A stretch of DNA of 64,000 bases from an uncultured Prevotellaceae bacterium. Its GTDB lineage: Bacteria > Bacteroidota > Bacteroidia > Bacteroidales > Bacteroidaceae. Below the pieces are notes generated by a model. That model did no database searches, was not told the DNA's origin, and saw nothing but the letters and a program-made list of their open reading frames with translations. The position numbers were made by a program, and so were the translations under genes. Below are positions 1 through 10,782 of the stretch, piece by piece. Positions within the stretch are counted from its first letter, which is position 1. Every line of letters begins with the position of its first letter. The stretch lies in assembly GCA_946185485.1 (NCBI GenBank), contig CAMHJQ010000003.1, forward strand, positions 25,883 through 89,882, written 5' to 3'.

Positions 1-2092
1 CGTTGGTCGACTGACCGGCCAGTGCCACGATGTCGGCCTCCTTCTGGTGCAGCTTGGCATTCAGCACCTGATGGGGAATACCCTCGCGTTTGCCTGTCTC
101 GGGGTTGACATACATGTCGAGCATGCGGCTCAGCAGCTCGGATATTTCAACGCTGGTCGTACCAATCAGCGTGGGGCGTCCGCTATTGCGCAGGCGGACT
201 ACCTCCTCGATGACGGCCTTGTACTTCTCGCGGGCGGTCTTGTAGATGCGGTCGTCCATGTCGTCGCGGATGACGGGACGGTTGGTGGGAATCTCCACCA
301 CGTCGAGCTTGTAGATGTCCCAGAACTCACCAGCCTCGGTGATGGCCGTACCGGTCATACCGGCCAGCTTGTGGTACATGCGGAAGTAGTTCTGCAGGGT
401 GATGGTGGCAAAGGTCTGCGTGGCAGCCTCCACCTTGACGTGCTCCTTGGCCTCGACAGCCTGGTGCAGTCCGTCGCTCCAGCGGCGGCCCTCCATGATA
501 CGGCCGGTCTGCTCGTCGACGATTTTTACCTCGCCGTCGATGACCACATACTCGTCGTCCTTGTTGAACATGCAGTAGGCCTTCAGCAGCTGCTGAAGGG
601 TATGGACGCGCTCCGACTGCACGGCATAGTGCTGCAGCAGCTCGTCCTTCTTGTTGATGCGCTCCTCGTCGCTTAGCGTGGTGTCGCCCTCGAGGGCTGA
701 CAGCTGACTGGTGATGTCGGGCAGCACGAAAAGGTCCTTATCGTTGACTTGGTTGGCGAGCCATGCCGTACCCTTGTCGGTGAGGTCGCAGGAGTTCAGC
801 TTCTCATCGACGACGAAATAGAGGGGCTCTACTACCTCGGGCATGCGGCGGTTGTTGTTCTCCATATACATCTCCTCTGTCTTGAGCATGCCACTCTTGA
901 TGCCGTCCTCCGAGAGGAACTTGATGAGCGGTTTGTTCTTCGGCATACACTTGTGCGAGCGGTAGAGTGCCAGGAAGCCTTCGTCGGTCAGCTTCTTGTC
1001 ATTCTTTTCCATGCCCTCGGCAATCTTCTGCTTGGCCTCGGCCAGATACTGCGTGGCCAGCTGCTTCTGCACGCCGACGAGACGCTCGACCAGCGGCTGG
1101 TACTCCTCAAACATCTGGTCGTCGCCCTTGGGTACGGGACCGGAGATGATGAGCGGGGTACGGGCATCGTCAATCAGCACGGAGTCCACCTCGTCGACGA
1201 TAGCGTAGTTGTGGGCACGCTGCACGAGGTCTGAGGGTGAGACAGCCATGTTGTCGCGCAGGTAGTCGAATCCGAACTCGTTGTTGGTACCGAAGGTGAT
1301 GTCGGCCTGGTAGGCCTTGCGGCGGGCCTCGCTATTGGGCTGGTGCTTGTCGATGCAGTCGACGCTCAGTCCGTGGAACATGTAGAGCGGTCCCATCCAC
1401 TCGGAGTCACGCTTGGCCAGATAGTCGTTGACCGTTACCACGTGGACGCCATTTCCTGTCAAGGCATTAAGGAACACGGGGAGGGTAGCGACGAGCGTCT
1501 TACCTTCACCGGTAGCCATCTCGGCAATCTTTCCCTGGTGCAGCACGACGCCGCCGAAGAGCTGTACGTCGTAGTGTACCATTTCCCACTTCAGGTCATT
1601 ACCGCCGGCCGTCCAGTGGTTGTGGTAGATGGCCTTGTCGCCGTCGATGGTGACGAAGTCCTTGCGCGGGTCGGCAGCCAATTCGCGGTCGAAGTCGGTG
1701 GCTGTGACGACGGTCTCCTCGTTCTCAGCAAAGCGGCGGGCGGTATCCTTGACGATGGCAAACACCTCAGGCATCACCTCGTTGAGGGCGTCCTCGTAGA
1801 TGTCAAGCACTTCCTTCTCCAGTTTGTCAATCTGTGCGAAGATATCGGCACGCTCGTCGATGGGCGTGTCCTCGATGGTGGCCTTCAGCTTCTCTATCTC
1901 TTCTTTCTGCTTGTTGGCGGAGTCCTGAACCTGGCGCTGCAACTTCTTGGTGCGCTCACGGAGCTCGTCGTTCGAGAGCTTCTGCATCTCAGGATATACA
2001 GCCTTCACCTTCTCGACGAAGGGGCGGATGAGCTTGTTGTCACGCGATGCCTTGTCGCCGAACAACGAGCGTAATACTTTGTTGAAATTCAT
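1..2092 (-). CDS. secA: Preprotein translocase ATPase SecA (3' part runs off the left edge; missed by the ORF track)
   Basis: Reverse-strand translation from ATG 2092 gives [14 protein letters not shown]..., [52 protein letters not shown] and [19 protein letters not shown]. Confidence 0.97.
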   Translation of the reverse strand, partial: MNFNKVLRSLFGDKASRDNKLIRPFVEKVKAVYPEMQKLSNDELRERTKKLQRQVQDSANKQKEEIEKLKATIEDTPIDERADIFAQIDKLEKEVLDIYEDALNEVMPEVFAIVKDTARRFAENEETVVTATDFDRELAADPRKDFVTIDGDKAIYHNHWTAGGNDLKWEMVHYDVQLFGGVVLHQGKIAEMATGEGKTLVATLPVFLNALTGNGVHVVTVNDYLAKRDSEWMGPLYMFHGLSVDCIDKHQPNSEARRKAYQADITFGTNNEFGFDYLRDNMAVSPSDLVQRAHNYAIVDEVDSVLIDDARTPLIISGPVPKGDDQMFEEYQPLVERLVGVQKQLATQYLAEAKQKIAEGMEKNDKKLTDEGFLALYRSHKCMPKNKPLIKFLSEDGIKSGMLKTEEMYMENNNRRMPEVVEPLYFVVDEKLNSCDLTDKGTAWLANQVNDKDLFVLPDITSQLSALEGDTTLSDEERINKKDELLQHYAVQSERVHTLQQLLKAYCMFNKDDEYVVIDGEVKIVDEQTGRIMEGRRWSDGLHQAVEAKEHVKVEAATQTFATITLQNYFRMYHKLAGMTGTAITEAGEFWDIYKLDVVEIPTNRPVIRDDMDDRIYKTAREKYKAVIEEVVRLRNSGRPTLIGTTSVEISELLSRMLDMYVNPETGKREGIPHQVLNAKLHQKEADIVALAGQSTN

Positions 2093-2161
2093 ATTGTTAT
2101 TTGACTATTTACTATTTGACAATGTATTGGTTTCACACACCTTATTATTATAAAGCGGGTG

Positions 2162-2169
2162 CAAAGGTA
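2162..2169 (-). promoter_or_regulatory. Bacteroidota -7 promoter box (TACCTTTG) upstream of secA
   Basis: Matches TAnnTTTG about 70 bp upstream of the ATG. Confidence 0.6.
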
Positions 2170-2223
2170 CGAAATATTTTCCGTACTTCTGCTTTACCTT
2201 TTTACTTTTTTACCTTTTTACCT

Positions 2224-3600
2224 TTAAAAAAGCGGTTTTGCCGAGCAGGCGTTGGGGGCGCGGATGCGGATAGCACGCGACACGGTGGGGGCGATACGGT
2301 CGACAGTGACCGTCGACTCTACGCGCCCGGCCTTGATGTCGGCGCCAAAGAAGATGATGGGGAACGGAATGTTGCTGACGCGAGACGTCGTAGTGGTCTG
2401 AGTGGTCTCATTCACCAGCTGCCAGCCGGGAGCGATGTCGATGAGCAGGTCGCCGCATTTCTCGATGTTGAAGCCGTTGCGGATGCGCTGCAGCAGCTCG
2501 CTGTCGCTGGTCATCAGCTGCGTGGAGGTGTAGACGTTGCGCACACCCGACATCTGTAGCAGGAACTCCTGTGCCAGCCGCAGCAGGTCGCCCATCTTGA
2601 TATTTTTCTTGTCGATGAGCTTGTGGTTCAGGAAGAGCTGGTTCTGGTAGCATGTCTCGACGTAGTTCTCAGAGCCGTAGACGGCACCGAGGTACATGTT
2701 CAGCAGGTTGGCGGTGCGCGTAATGTTGAACTTGCCCGTCGGGATGTGGTAGCGCTCGTTGTCGCCCTCACGCTCTTCCTCCCGGGCACCGGTGCCTGTC
2801 AGCACAAACAGCACACGCTCCTTGGGCAGTCGGCGATGGATGCTGCTGACGAGCATGGCGATATGAGCATCGAGCAGTTTGTAGCTCATCTCGTCCTGCT
2901 GCACGCTATATGACACGCAGAGCAGGTCGGTCTTGTCGTCCTGGCCGATGCCTGACTGCTCAACACATTTCACCGCCAGCTCTGTCAAACTCTTGTTGAC
3001 GTCCTCCGTTGGCGGATACTGACGGGTGTACCAAGACAGCCACTGGTTTTCAGGCTGATAACATGGGGCGATGTTCCACTTGCCGTTACTCAGCCATACG
3101 CTGCCATCGGCGGCATGACCGGCTGACAAAATGGCACGCTCGGCATCGGTGGCAAAGGTAAAGACCTTGGCCAGTCCGTCGGTGGCCATCTTCAGTTCGT
3201 CGCCCAGCGTCGACGTAGACAGTTGTGCAGGTGACTGTCCGAGTTTCCTGTCACTGACGATGTTTTGCGGGCGCAGCGTGTTGCGGTCGAGCCACTCTGA
3301 ACCGGTAATACCGTTATAGTACGGCGTGGCTCCCGTCATGAGCGATGCCATGGCCGACGACTTGTCAAAGGGCGTGAAGTTGCAGGCGGCATTGGGATAT
3401 ACCATGCCCTCTGTCAACAGGCGTTTCAGCCCTCCCGACTGGTAGAGTGGGGCATAGGTCTCCAACTGGTCGGTACGCAACTGGTCGATGGCAATGGTCA
3501 CTACCAGTTGTGGCACTTGCTTGATGGCCTGTGCCGTTGCTTCTGCATTGAATCCCAACAGGGTCAACAGGGTGATATATAGGTAACGGTTTCTATTCAC
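2224..3600 (-). CDS. Alkaline phosphatase superfamily (PafA-like) protein with degenerate active site
   Basis: Signal peptide; PQLVVTIAIDQLR, TGATPYYNGI and C-terminal PIIFFG...DRIAPT motifs. The GTG start overlaps the upstream stop (GTGA). Confidence 0.85.
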   Translation of the reverse strand: MNRNRYLYITLLTLLGFNAEATAQAIKQVPQLVVTIAIDQLRTDQLETYAPLYQSGGLKRLLTEGMVYPNAACNFTPFDKSSAMASLMTGATPYYNGITGSEWLDRNTLRPQNIVSDRKLGQSPAQLSTSTLGDELKMATDGLAKVFTFATDAERAILSAGHAADGSVWLSNGKWNIAPCYQPENQWLSWYTRQYPPTEDVNKSLTELAVKCVEQSGIGQDDKTDLLCVSYSVQQDEMSYKLLDAHIAMLVSSIHRRLPKERVLFVLTGTGAREEEREGDNERYHIPTGKFNITRTANLLNMYLGAVYGSENYVETCYQNQLFLNHKLIDKKNIKMGDLLRLAQEFLLQMSGVRNVYTSTQLMTSDSELLQRIRNGFNIEKCGDLLIDIAPGWQLVNETTQTTTTSRVSNIPFPIIFFGADIKAGRVESTVTVDRIAPTVSRAIRIRAPNACSAKPLF

Positions 3601-4829
3601 TTCTTATGGTTCAGTTTGAGATGAATGATACATTGTAAGAGCAAACATAGTGCCAAACACCAGAGCCCCTCGGCATACGACTGGAAAAGACTGCCTGCAA
3701 GGAACAGGATGGCGAGCACGGCCGTCACCAGCCAGTAGCGCTTGCCTTGACCTCTGATTACTGACCACAGGCAGAGCCAGTGGATGGGGTTGAACAATAT
3801 GATTTGCAGGTTGAGGCTCACGGTTGGGTGCTGTGAGAAGAGCATCAGGAACAGCACCAGTCCGATGGTGCCCGATACGATCATCAGCAGGATGTCCCAC
3901 AGCAGGAAACTCTTCTGCTTCTTCCATTCTGCGGCAAAGACGATGAGGCTGATGACCAGCAGCGCGACAAAGCACTGTAGGGGTGTCAGCGGGAATCCCT
4001 CTTGGCGGACTTGCACACCGGCCGGAACAGCTATGCGGCGCTCCTTGACCAGTGGACGGTAGGTGCCGTTTTCGTAAATCTGGGCATGGTCGAAGTCGTG
4101 CATCAGGTTGCCTGGCAGGAACTCCTGCTGGCGCTGGTCGGTGGCCTGGTCGGCCTTGATACCCAGTAGCAGGTCGTTGCCCCAACTTGCCCACGGATTG
4201 TTGCGTGTCATCTCGCGAACCATGTCACGGTATGTTGGTGTATAGTTTTCATTACCAGTATATTCCACACGACCATTGATGCACTGCTCGATAATGTCGC
4301 GGGCCTTTGTTGTACAGTTGTTGTAGAAGTAGTTGTAACGATAGACACTGTTCTCGGGCTTGGCGTTTTCCATCAGCGCGGCATACAGTTGCTCCTTCTC
4401 TGCTGGGGTCAGGTTTAGCACCTGTTCGGTCACCATGCTACCGAAGTGCTGGTACTCCTTCAGGAACAAGGAGTAGGGATAGGCGCCCAGCTCATAGTCG
4501 GTCAGTCCGAACACGAAGCGTGCCACGAAGAACGGAGCGTTGAAGTTGAACACACCGTAGTTGAAGGCAGCGTCAAAGCCCTTGCCTCGGCGGTCGCAAA
4601 GGTGTATCGCCGTATGTCCATAGAGACTGTACACCTCGTCGTGCGGCTGGCAGGTCAACAGGCTAATCTCCACCGAGTCCATTGCTACAGCTTGTTTTGC
4701 AGTTGTCGTGTCTGTCTGTTCGGCAGCAATTGCCTCCACGACAGACTGCTGCGCAGAAACTACCGCTGGTGCCGCCAGCATCAGCAGTGCACAGGTGATT
4801 ACTGCTATGTAACGTCTGCGATTTTTCAT
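3597..4829 (-). CDS. lnb: DUF4105 membrane protein, probable lipoprotein N-acyltransferase Lnb
   Basis: YSLYGHTAI, FNYGVF and YRYNYFYNNCTT motifs; about 5 C-terminal TM helices; located just upstream of the PafA-like gene and secA. Confidence 0.75.
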   Translation of the reverse strand: MKNRRRYIAVITCALLMLAAPAVVSAQQSVVEAIAAEQTDTTTAKQAVAMDSVEISLLTCQPHDEVYSLYGHTAIHLCDRRGKGFDAAFNYGVFNFNAPFFVARFVFGLTDYELGAYPYSLFLKEYQHFGSMVTEQVLNLTPAEKEQLYAALMENAKPENSVYRYNYFYNNCTTKARDIIEQCINGRVEYTGNENYTPTYRDMVREMTRNNPWASWGNDLLLGIKADQATDQRQQEFLPGNLMHDFDHAQIYENGTYRPLVKERRIAVPAGVQVRQEGFPLTPLQCFVALLVISLIVFAAEWKKQKSFLLWDILLMIVSGTIGLVLFLMLFSQHPTVSLNLQIILFNPIHWLCLWSVIRGQGKRYWLVTAVLAILFLAGSLFQSYAEGLWCLALCLLLQCIIHLKLNHKK

Positions 4830-4936
4830 AATTGGCTGCAAAGTTACAACATTCCCGTGAATCCTCCAAATTTCTTTTTTCCTTTCTTCTTAACTCTGTC
4901 AGTGGCAGATACCCAAAACAGCCTCTTCGTGACACG

Positions 4937-5060
4937 TTTTCCCGCGATTCTTAATTGTTTTTCCCGCGATTCTCAATTGTTTTTCCCGCGATTTATTGAA
5001 AGAATCGCGGGATTTTTTATTGAGAATCGCGGGATTTTTTATTGAGAATCGCGGGCTTTT
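4937..5060. repeat. Inverted 3+3 array of 22-bp units (core CCCGCGATTCTCAAT / ATTGAGAATCGCGGG)
   Basis: CCCGCGATT starts at 4941, 4963 and 4985; the reverse complement AATCGCGGG ends at 5011, 5033 and 5055. Confidence 0.92.
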
Positions 5061-5268
5061 TCGTAACCGCAAGCATAAAATCACCAAATAGAAGGTATAT
5101 TTTGCCTAACGCTATGTCATTAAAAACATCATAGCAGAGTCTGTTTTTTTTCACCTGTTATACGTTTCCTATGCTTTTTTTAAGTAATTTTACCGTGTCG
5201 TGTTTGGTTTTTCGCTTGGTTTGCACTACCTTTGCAGCGCAAAAGAAGAATTGTATATAGAGAACACA

Positions 5269-6570
5269 ATGAAAAAACGATTATTTGGTGGTATGCTGGC
5301 CAGTGTTGTAGCTCTTGCTGCAACGGCTCAGATCAGCAATACACTCTCCCCATACAGTCAGTACGGATTGGGTACGTTGGCAAACCAATCGTTGAGCATG
5401 GGACGCGGCATGGGCGGTGTGGGTATCGCCCTGCGCGACAACAAGCAGCCCAACATCATCAATCCCGCATCCTATTCAGCCATAGATTCCCTGACGATGG
5501 TTTTCGATATGGGCGTCTCGGGACAGTTGACGCACTTCACGGAGGGCGGCAACAAGATGAACCGCAAGACGGCCGATTTTGACTATGCCGTGGCTTTGTT
5601 CCGCCTGCTGCCTAAAGTTGGTGCCAGTATTGGTGTCGTCCCCTATTCCAACATCGGCTACGACTACTACAATACCCAGCGCCTTAGTGGGACACAGGGG
5701 CAAAATACTACTGCGTATACAAACACCTATCACGGTAGCGGAGGTTTCAGCCAGGCGTTCTTTGGACTGGGCTGGGAGTTTGCCAAAGGTCTCTCCATCG
5801 GTGCCAATATTTCCTATCTATGGGGTAGGTATGACCGTTCTGTGTCCAATGTGCTCAGTGACAGCTATGCTAACACGTTGATGAAAAGCTATACCGCTGA
5901 GGTGCAAAGCTGGAAGCTGGACCTGGGTGCCCAGTGGACGGTGAAAGTAGGCAAGCACGACCGGCTGACCATTGGTGCTACCGCCGGCATCGGCCATAAA
6001 CTGGGTGCCGATGCCATTCTGAATACGACCACGACAAACACACAGACCAGTGTGTCGAGTGTTCATGGCGATACCATTTCGAACGCCCTCCGCATTCCCT
6101 ATACCTTCGGTGGCGGTGTGTCACTGTTGCACAAGAACAGCCTTACGCTGGCTGCTGACTATACGTTGCAGAAGTGGGGCGACGTGGAGTATCCGCTGGT
6201 TAACGAGTCGACCAAGAAGTACCAGTTAACCCGAGGCATCCTAATGGACCGCCATCAGGTGGCAGTGGGTGCCGACTGGATTCCCAACCGTGAGAGTCGC
6301 CGCTTTCTCAACCGCGTGCACTACCGCATCGGTGCGTCCTATGCTACACCTTATTATAAAATAGGGCAGCAGGACGGTCCCAAGGAAATCGGTGTCAGTG
6401 CCGGCTTTGGCATCCCCATTGTCAATTCCTGGAACAACCGTACGTCGCTGAACATCAGTGCCCAGTGGGTACATACGTCTGCCAAGAACCTTATAACGGA
6501 GGATTGCTTCCGCATCAATATCGGCCTGACATTCAATGAGCGTTGGTTCGCAAAATGGAAAGTAGACTAA
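5269..6570 (+). CDS. Outer-membrane beta-barrel protein (FadL-like family)
   Basis: Signal peptide, SPYSQYGLG and INPASYS motifs, alternating beta strands, C-terminal FNERWF. A -7 box TACCTTTG at 5227-5234 supports the 5269 ATG. Confidence 0.75.
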   Translation: MKKRLFGGMLASVVALAATAQISNTLSPYSQYGLGTLANQSLSMGRGMGGVGIALRDNKQPNIINPASYSAIDSLTMVFDMGVSGQLTHFTEGGNKMNRKTADFDYAVALFRLLPKVGASIGVVPYSNIGYDYYNTQRLSGTQGQNTTAYTNTYHGSGGFSQAFFGLGWEFAKGLSIGANISYLWGRYDRSVSNVLSDSYANTLMKSYTAEVQSWKLDLGAQWTVKVGKHDRLTIGATAGIGHKLGADAILNTTTTNTQTSVSSVHGDTISNALRIPYTFGGGVSLLHKNSLTLAADYTLQKWGDVEYPLVNESTKKYQLTRGILMDRHQVAVGADWIPNRESRRFLNRVHYRIGASYATPYYKIGQQDGPKEIGVSAGFGIPIVNSWNNRTSLNISAQWVHTSAKNLITEDCFRINIGLTFNERWFAKWKVD

Positions 6571-7211
6571 CCATATTCCTTTTACTTCTCATTCTGCTCG
6601 TTGCATGCAGCGAGCAGAAAACGCATACGGCACCTGCCATACGCGAACAAGACTCTGTGTCGATGATGACCACCTACGGTGTTAATACGCTTATCAGCGA
6701 CTCGGGTGTCATCAAATACAAGATAGTCACTGAGCGGTGGGATGTCAACACTACTCGGAATCCGTCGCGCTGGACTTTTGAAAAGGGCATCTTCCTCGAA
6801 CAGTTTGATGAGAAGTTCCACGTCGAGGCCTATATCAATGCCGATACGGCGTGGTATTATGACCAGCAAAAACTGTGGGAACTACGTGGTCGTGTGCATA
6901 TCCGGAACGTCAATGGGCTGGTATTCGACAGCGAAGAGTTGTTCTGGGATGGTTTCAAGCATGAGTTTTATTCGCATAAATTCTCCAAGGTGGTGACGCC
7001 GGAGCGTACGCTACAGGGTACTTACTTCCGTAGCGACGAGCACATGGCGCACTACCAGGTGACTAATAGCGTGGGCTCGTTCCAATCGGAAGATATAGAG
7101 AACGACCAGAATCAGCAGGCTGCGGCAGACAGTACGCAGCCAGCACCGCCGTCTCGTCAGGCTGCTACACGCCATAAAGCCACCCAAAAGACTAACTATA
7201 CGACACCATGA
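6555..7211 (+). CDS. lptC: LPS export periplasmic protein LptC (lipoprotein-like)
   Basis: LVAC lipobox-like signal; ISDSG, ADTA and LWELRGRV..N...FDSEELFWD pattern typical of Bacteroidota LptC. Confidence 0.8.
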   Translation: MESRLTIFLLLLILLVACSEQKTHTAPAIREQDSVSMMTTYGVNTLISDSGVIKYKIVTERWDVNTTRNPSRWTFEKGIFLEQFDEKFHVEAYINADTAWYYDQQKLWELRGRVHIRNVNGLVFDSEELFWDGFKHEFYSHKFSKVVTPERTLQGTYFRSDEHMAHYQVTNSVGSFQSEDIENDQNQQAAADSTQPAPPSRQAATRHKATQKTNYTTP

Positions 7212-8473
7212 CGCATCTCATCATAGGAATCATTATCACGATGTTGCTGTCGGCATTCTTCTCGGGAATGGAGATAGCTTTCGTGTCGAGCAACCGCCTG
7301 CGGGCAGAAATGGACCGTGACAAAAATGGACTGTCGCAGCGGGCGCTGGATGTGTTTTTTACCCATCCCCATGACTTCATTTCCACCATGTTGGTGGGCA
7401 ACAACATTGCACTGGTTGTATACGGCATCCTGTTTGCCAAGATTTTCGACACGACGCTGTTTGAACCGCTTAGCGACGGAGCCCGTGTAACCTGTGATAC
7501 CCTGCTTTCAACGCTTATAGTACTGTTTACGGGAGAGTTCCTGCCGAAGACCATCTTCAAGGCTAAAGCCAACAGTCTGCTGACGTTCTTTGCCATGCCA
7601 GCGTACGTATGCTATGTGGTGCTCTATCCCATCTCGCGCTTTGCATCGCTGCTGTCCAGAGGAATGCTGCGCATTGTCGGTGTGAAAATACCCAAAGAGG
7701 TGGAGGATAGGGAGTTTACGAAAGTCGACCTTGACTATCTGGTGCAGTCGAGTATTGACAATGCTGCAGACGATGCCCAGATAGAGGACGAGGTGGAGAT
7801 GTTCCAGAATGCCCTTGACTTTGCTGATACCAAGGTGCGCGACTGTATGGTGCCGCGTACGGAGATAGAAGCCGTCGATATTGAGGATTGTACTGTGGAG
7901 GACCTGCGGCAGAAGTTCATCGAGAGTGGTCATAGCAAACTCATCGTCTATCGTGGCGACATCGACCATATTGTGGGCTATATCCATTCACTGGAGTTGT
8001 TCCGCCGTTTTACCAACATCTCGAAACATATCCGGCAGATGCCCTTTGTGCCGGAGACAATGGCCGCCCGCAAACTGATGCACATTTTCCTGCAGCAGAA
8101 GAAGTCGCTGGGTGTCGTCGTCGATGAATTCGGCGGTACCAGCGGTATTGTATCATTGGAGGATATTGTCGAGGAGATTACAGGCGACATTGAGGACGAG
8201 CACGACAGTCAGAAATATGTGTCGAAGCAGTTGTCCGACGGTGAGTATATGCTGTCAGCGCGTCTGGAGATAGAGAAAGTCAACGAACTCTTCAATTTGG
8301 AACTGCCCGAGAGTGATGACTACAAGACCATTGGCGGACTCATCCTTCACAAGTACCAGTCGTTCCCGAAACTGAATGAAATAGTGAAGATTGGGCGCTA
8401 TGAATTCAAGATTATCAAGAATACAATGACAAAAATAGAGCTTGTTAGGCTGAAAATAATTAATAATTCATAA
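7208..8473 (+). CDS. HlyC/CorC family (DUF21-CBS-CorC) membrane protein
   Basis: SAFFSGMEIAF, LVGNNI, GEFLPK, MVPRTEI and VVDEFGGTSGIVSLEDIVEEI motifs. Confidence 0.92.
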   Translation: MTHLIIGIIITMLLSAFFSGMEIAFVSSNRLRAEMDRDKNGLSQRALDVFFTHPHDFISTMLVGNNIALVVYGILFAKIFDTTLFEPLSDGARVTCDTLLSTLIVLFTGEFLPKTIFKAKANSLLTFFAMPAYVCYVVLYPISRFASLLSRGMLRIVGVKIPKEVEDREFTKVDLDYLVQSSIDNAADDAQIEDEVEMFQNALDFADTKVRDCMVPRTEIEAVDIEDCTVEDLRQKFIESGHSKLIVYRGDIDHIVGYIHSLELFRRFTNISKHIRQMPFVPETMAARKLMHIFLQQKKSLGVVVDEFGGTSGIVSLEDIVEEITGDIEDEHDSQKYVSKQLSDGEYMLSARLEIEKVNELFNLELPESDDYKTIGGLILHKYQSFPKLNEIVKIGRYEFKIIKNTMTKIELVRLKIINNS

Positions 8474-8561
8474 TTCGTATGGTGTAATTCATAATTATTT
8501 TGTAATTTTGCAGGCTGAATTTCGAAAATAATAAATAAAAATTAAAAATAAGCATTAAACA

Positions 8562-10703
8562 ATGGCAGCAATTGGAAAAATCAGAAGCTGGGGACCAGTA
8601 CTCGCTACGGTGATTGGTCTGGCCCTTTTTGCATTCATTGCCGAAGAGATGTTCCGCTCGTGTGAAGCTACAAGCAACGAGCGTCGTCAGCAAGTAGGCG
8701 AAGTGTTAGGTAAGAAAATTTCAGTTCAGGACTTCCAGTCACTTGTAGACGAGTATCAGGATGTTCTTAAGTTGTCGCAGGGACGTGACAACCTGTCTGA
8801 AGACGAGCTCAACCAGGTGAAGGATCAGGTTTGGCAGCAGTTTGTCAGCGAGGCCGTCCTGGAACAGGAAGCTGAGAAGCTGGGTCTGACGGTTACTGAC
8901 GAGGAATTGCAGAATATCCTCAAGACTGGTACAAACCCGATGCTGGCTCAGACTCCGTTTGTCAACCAGCAAACTGGTCGTTTCGACGTCACACAGCTCA
9001 CCAAGTTCCTGGCCGACTACAAGAAGGCCCAGCAGGCTGGCAATGGCGAGATGGCCGAGCAGTATCAGAAGATCTATAATTACTGGAAGTTCATGGAGAA
9101 GAACCTCCGCCAGCAGACGTTGGCTCAGAAATACCAGACATTGTTGGCTCAGTGTCTCATTTCCAACCCTGTCTCTGCCAAAATGGCTTTCGAGAACCAG
9201 AACCAGGAGAGTGACATTTTGCTGGCTGCTATCCCCTATACCAGTATCAAGGACAATGAGGTGGAGGTCAGCGATGCCGACCTGAAGGCTAAGTACAGCG
9301 AGCAGAAGGAAATGTTCAAGCAGCTCTTCGAGAGCCGCGACATCAAGTACGTTGACTTCCAAGTGGTGGCTTCTGCCGCCGACCGTGCTGAGCTGATGAA
9401 GACCATGAACGAAGCCAAGCAGCAGTTCGAGGCTGGTCAGGCTCCCGCTGAGGTGGTGCGTAAGGCTCACTCTCAGCAGCCTTACGTAGGAATGGCTGTT
9501 ACCCGTAGTGCCCTGTCACCCGACGTGGCCGCCAAGATTGACTCCATGCAGGTCGGTCAGGTATCTGCTCCCTTCGAGAGCAAGTATGACAACTCGCTCA
9601 ATGTGGTGAAGTACATCAACAAGAGCCAGCAGCCCGACTCTGTAGAGTTCCGTCTCATCCAGGTGGTTGCCGAGACCCCCGATGCTACCAAACAGCGTGC
9701 CGACAGTATCTTCAAGGCTCTGCAGGGTGGTGCCGACTTCGAGGCCCTGGCCAAGAAGTATGGTCAGACTGGCGAGAAGCAGTGGATGACCTCTGCTATG
9801 TATGAGCGTTCACAGTCGCTTGATGCTGATACCAAGAATTATATTACTACCATCAACACACTTGGTGCCGGTGAGACCAAGAATGTCGAGATGTCGCAGA
9901 CCAATCTCATCCTGCAGGTTACTGCCCGTCGCGCCATGGTAGACAAGTATGACGTTGCCGTCGTAAAGCACACTATTGACTTCTCGAAAGATACCTATTC
10001 ACAGGCATACAACAACTTCAGCCAGTATGTTAGCGAGAACAAGACGCTGGAGGATTTGGAGAAGAATGCCCAGAAGTTCGGTCTGAAGGTGCAGGAGCGC
10101 AAGGATATCTTCAATTCTGAACACAATGTGGCTGGCCTGCGTGCCACCCGTGAGACGATGAAGTGGATTTTCGATGCTAAGGCTGGTGACGTTTCTCCCC
10201 TCTATGAGTGTGGTAGCAACGACCACCTGTTGGTTGTTGCCTTGACCAAGATACATCCCGCTGGCTACCGTGACCTCGCTGATGTTGAGGATGTGGTGAA
10301 GCAGGAGGTCATCAACGACAAGAAATTTGCCAAGGCTGCCGAGAAACTGGCTGGTGTGAAGGACATCGCCGCTGCCAAGGCCAAGGGTGCTACGGTGGAT
10401 AGCGTCCGCCAAATTACCTTTGCTGCTCCTGTCTTCGTACAGGCTGCTGGTGCCAGCGAGCCCGCACTGAGCGGTGCCGTTGCTGCCGTCAAGGCTGGTC
10501 AGTTCAGCCCCTCAGTCGTCAAAGGTAATGGTGCAGCCTATCTGTTCCAGGTGCTTTCCAAGAAGGAACGTGAGGGTAGCAAGTTCGATGCCAAGCAGCA
10601 GCAGTCACAGTTGCAGCAGCAGGCTCTTCAGGCTGCCAGCCGCTTCATGAACGAGCTCTACCAGAAGGCTGACATCAAGGACAACCGCTATCTCTTCTTC
10701 TAA
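8562..10703 (+). CDS. ppiD: PpiD-like periplasmic chaperone / parvulin peptidylprolyl isomerase
   Basis: N-terminal TM (IGLALFAF), SurA-N-like region and rotamase-like ADSI...GADFEALAKKY. A -7 box lies at 8503-8510. Confidence 0.85.
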   Translation: MAAIGKIRSWGPVLATVIGLALFAFIAEEMFRSCEATSNERRQQVGEVLGKKISVQDFQSLVDEYQDVLKLSQGRDNLSEDELNQVKDQVWQQFVSEAVLEQEAEKLGLTVTDEELQNILKTGTNPMLAQTPFVNQQTGRFDVTQLTKFLADYKKAQQAGNGEMAEQYQKIYNYWKFMEKNLRQQTLAQKYQTLLAQCLISNPVSAKMAFENQNQESDILLAAIPYTSIKDNEVEVSDADLKAKYSEQKEMFKQLFESRDIKYVDFQVVASAADRAELMKTMNEAKQQFEAGQAPAEVVRKAHSQQPYVGMAVTRSALSPDVAAKIDSMQVGQVSAPFESKYDNSLNVVKYINKSQQPDSVEFRLIQVVAETPDATKQRADSIFKALQGGADFEALAKKYGQTGEKQWMTSAMYERSQSLDADTKNYITTINTLGAGETKNVEMSQTNLILQVTARRAMVDKYDVAVVKHTIDFSKDTYSQAYNNFSQYVSENKTLEDLEKNAQKFGLKVQERKDIFNSEHNVAGLRATRETMKWIFDAKAGDVSPLYECGSNDHLLVVALTKIHPAGYRDLADVEDVVKQEVINDKKFAKAAEKLAGVKDIAAAKAKGATVDSVRQITFAAPVFVQAAGASEPALSGAVAAVKAGQFSPSVVKGNGAAYLFQVLSKKEREGSKFDAKQQQSQLQQQALQAASRFMNELYQKADIKDNRYLFF

Positions 10704-10725
10704 AACGAAGGGTATCATATAGAAT

Positions 10726-10760
10726 AAAGGGAGACTGCTTCAATCGAGGCAGTCTTCTTT
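10726..10760 (+). terminator. Probable intrinsic terminator after ppiD
   Basis: GGGAGACTGCTTC-aatc-GAGGCAGTCTTC followed by TTT. Confidence 0.55.
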
Positions 10761-10782
10761 GCAACAAAAGGCATCAGGAAAG

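Noticed and set aside
47..2074. Long plus-strand ORFs (209, 161 and 243 aa)
   Set aside because: Antisense shadows of secA, which the ORF track missed because its stop lies outside the window.
4899..5087. 62-aa ORF over the 22-bp array
   Set aside because: Its repetitive sequence is just the translation of the DNA repeat.
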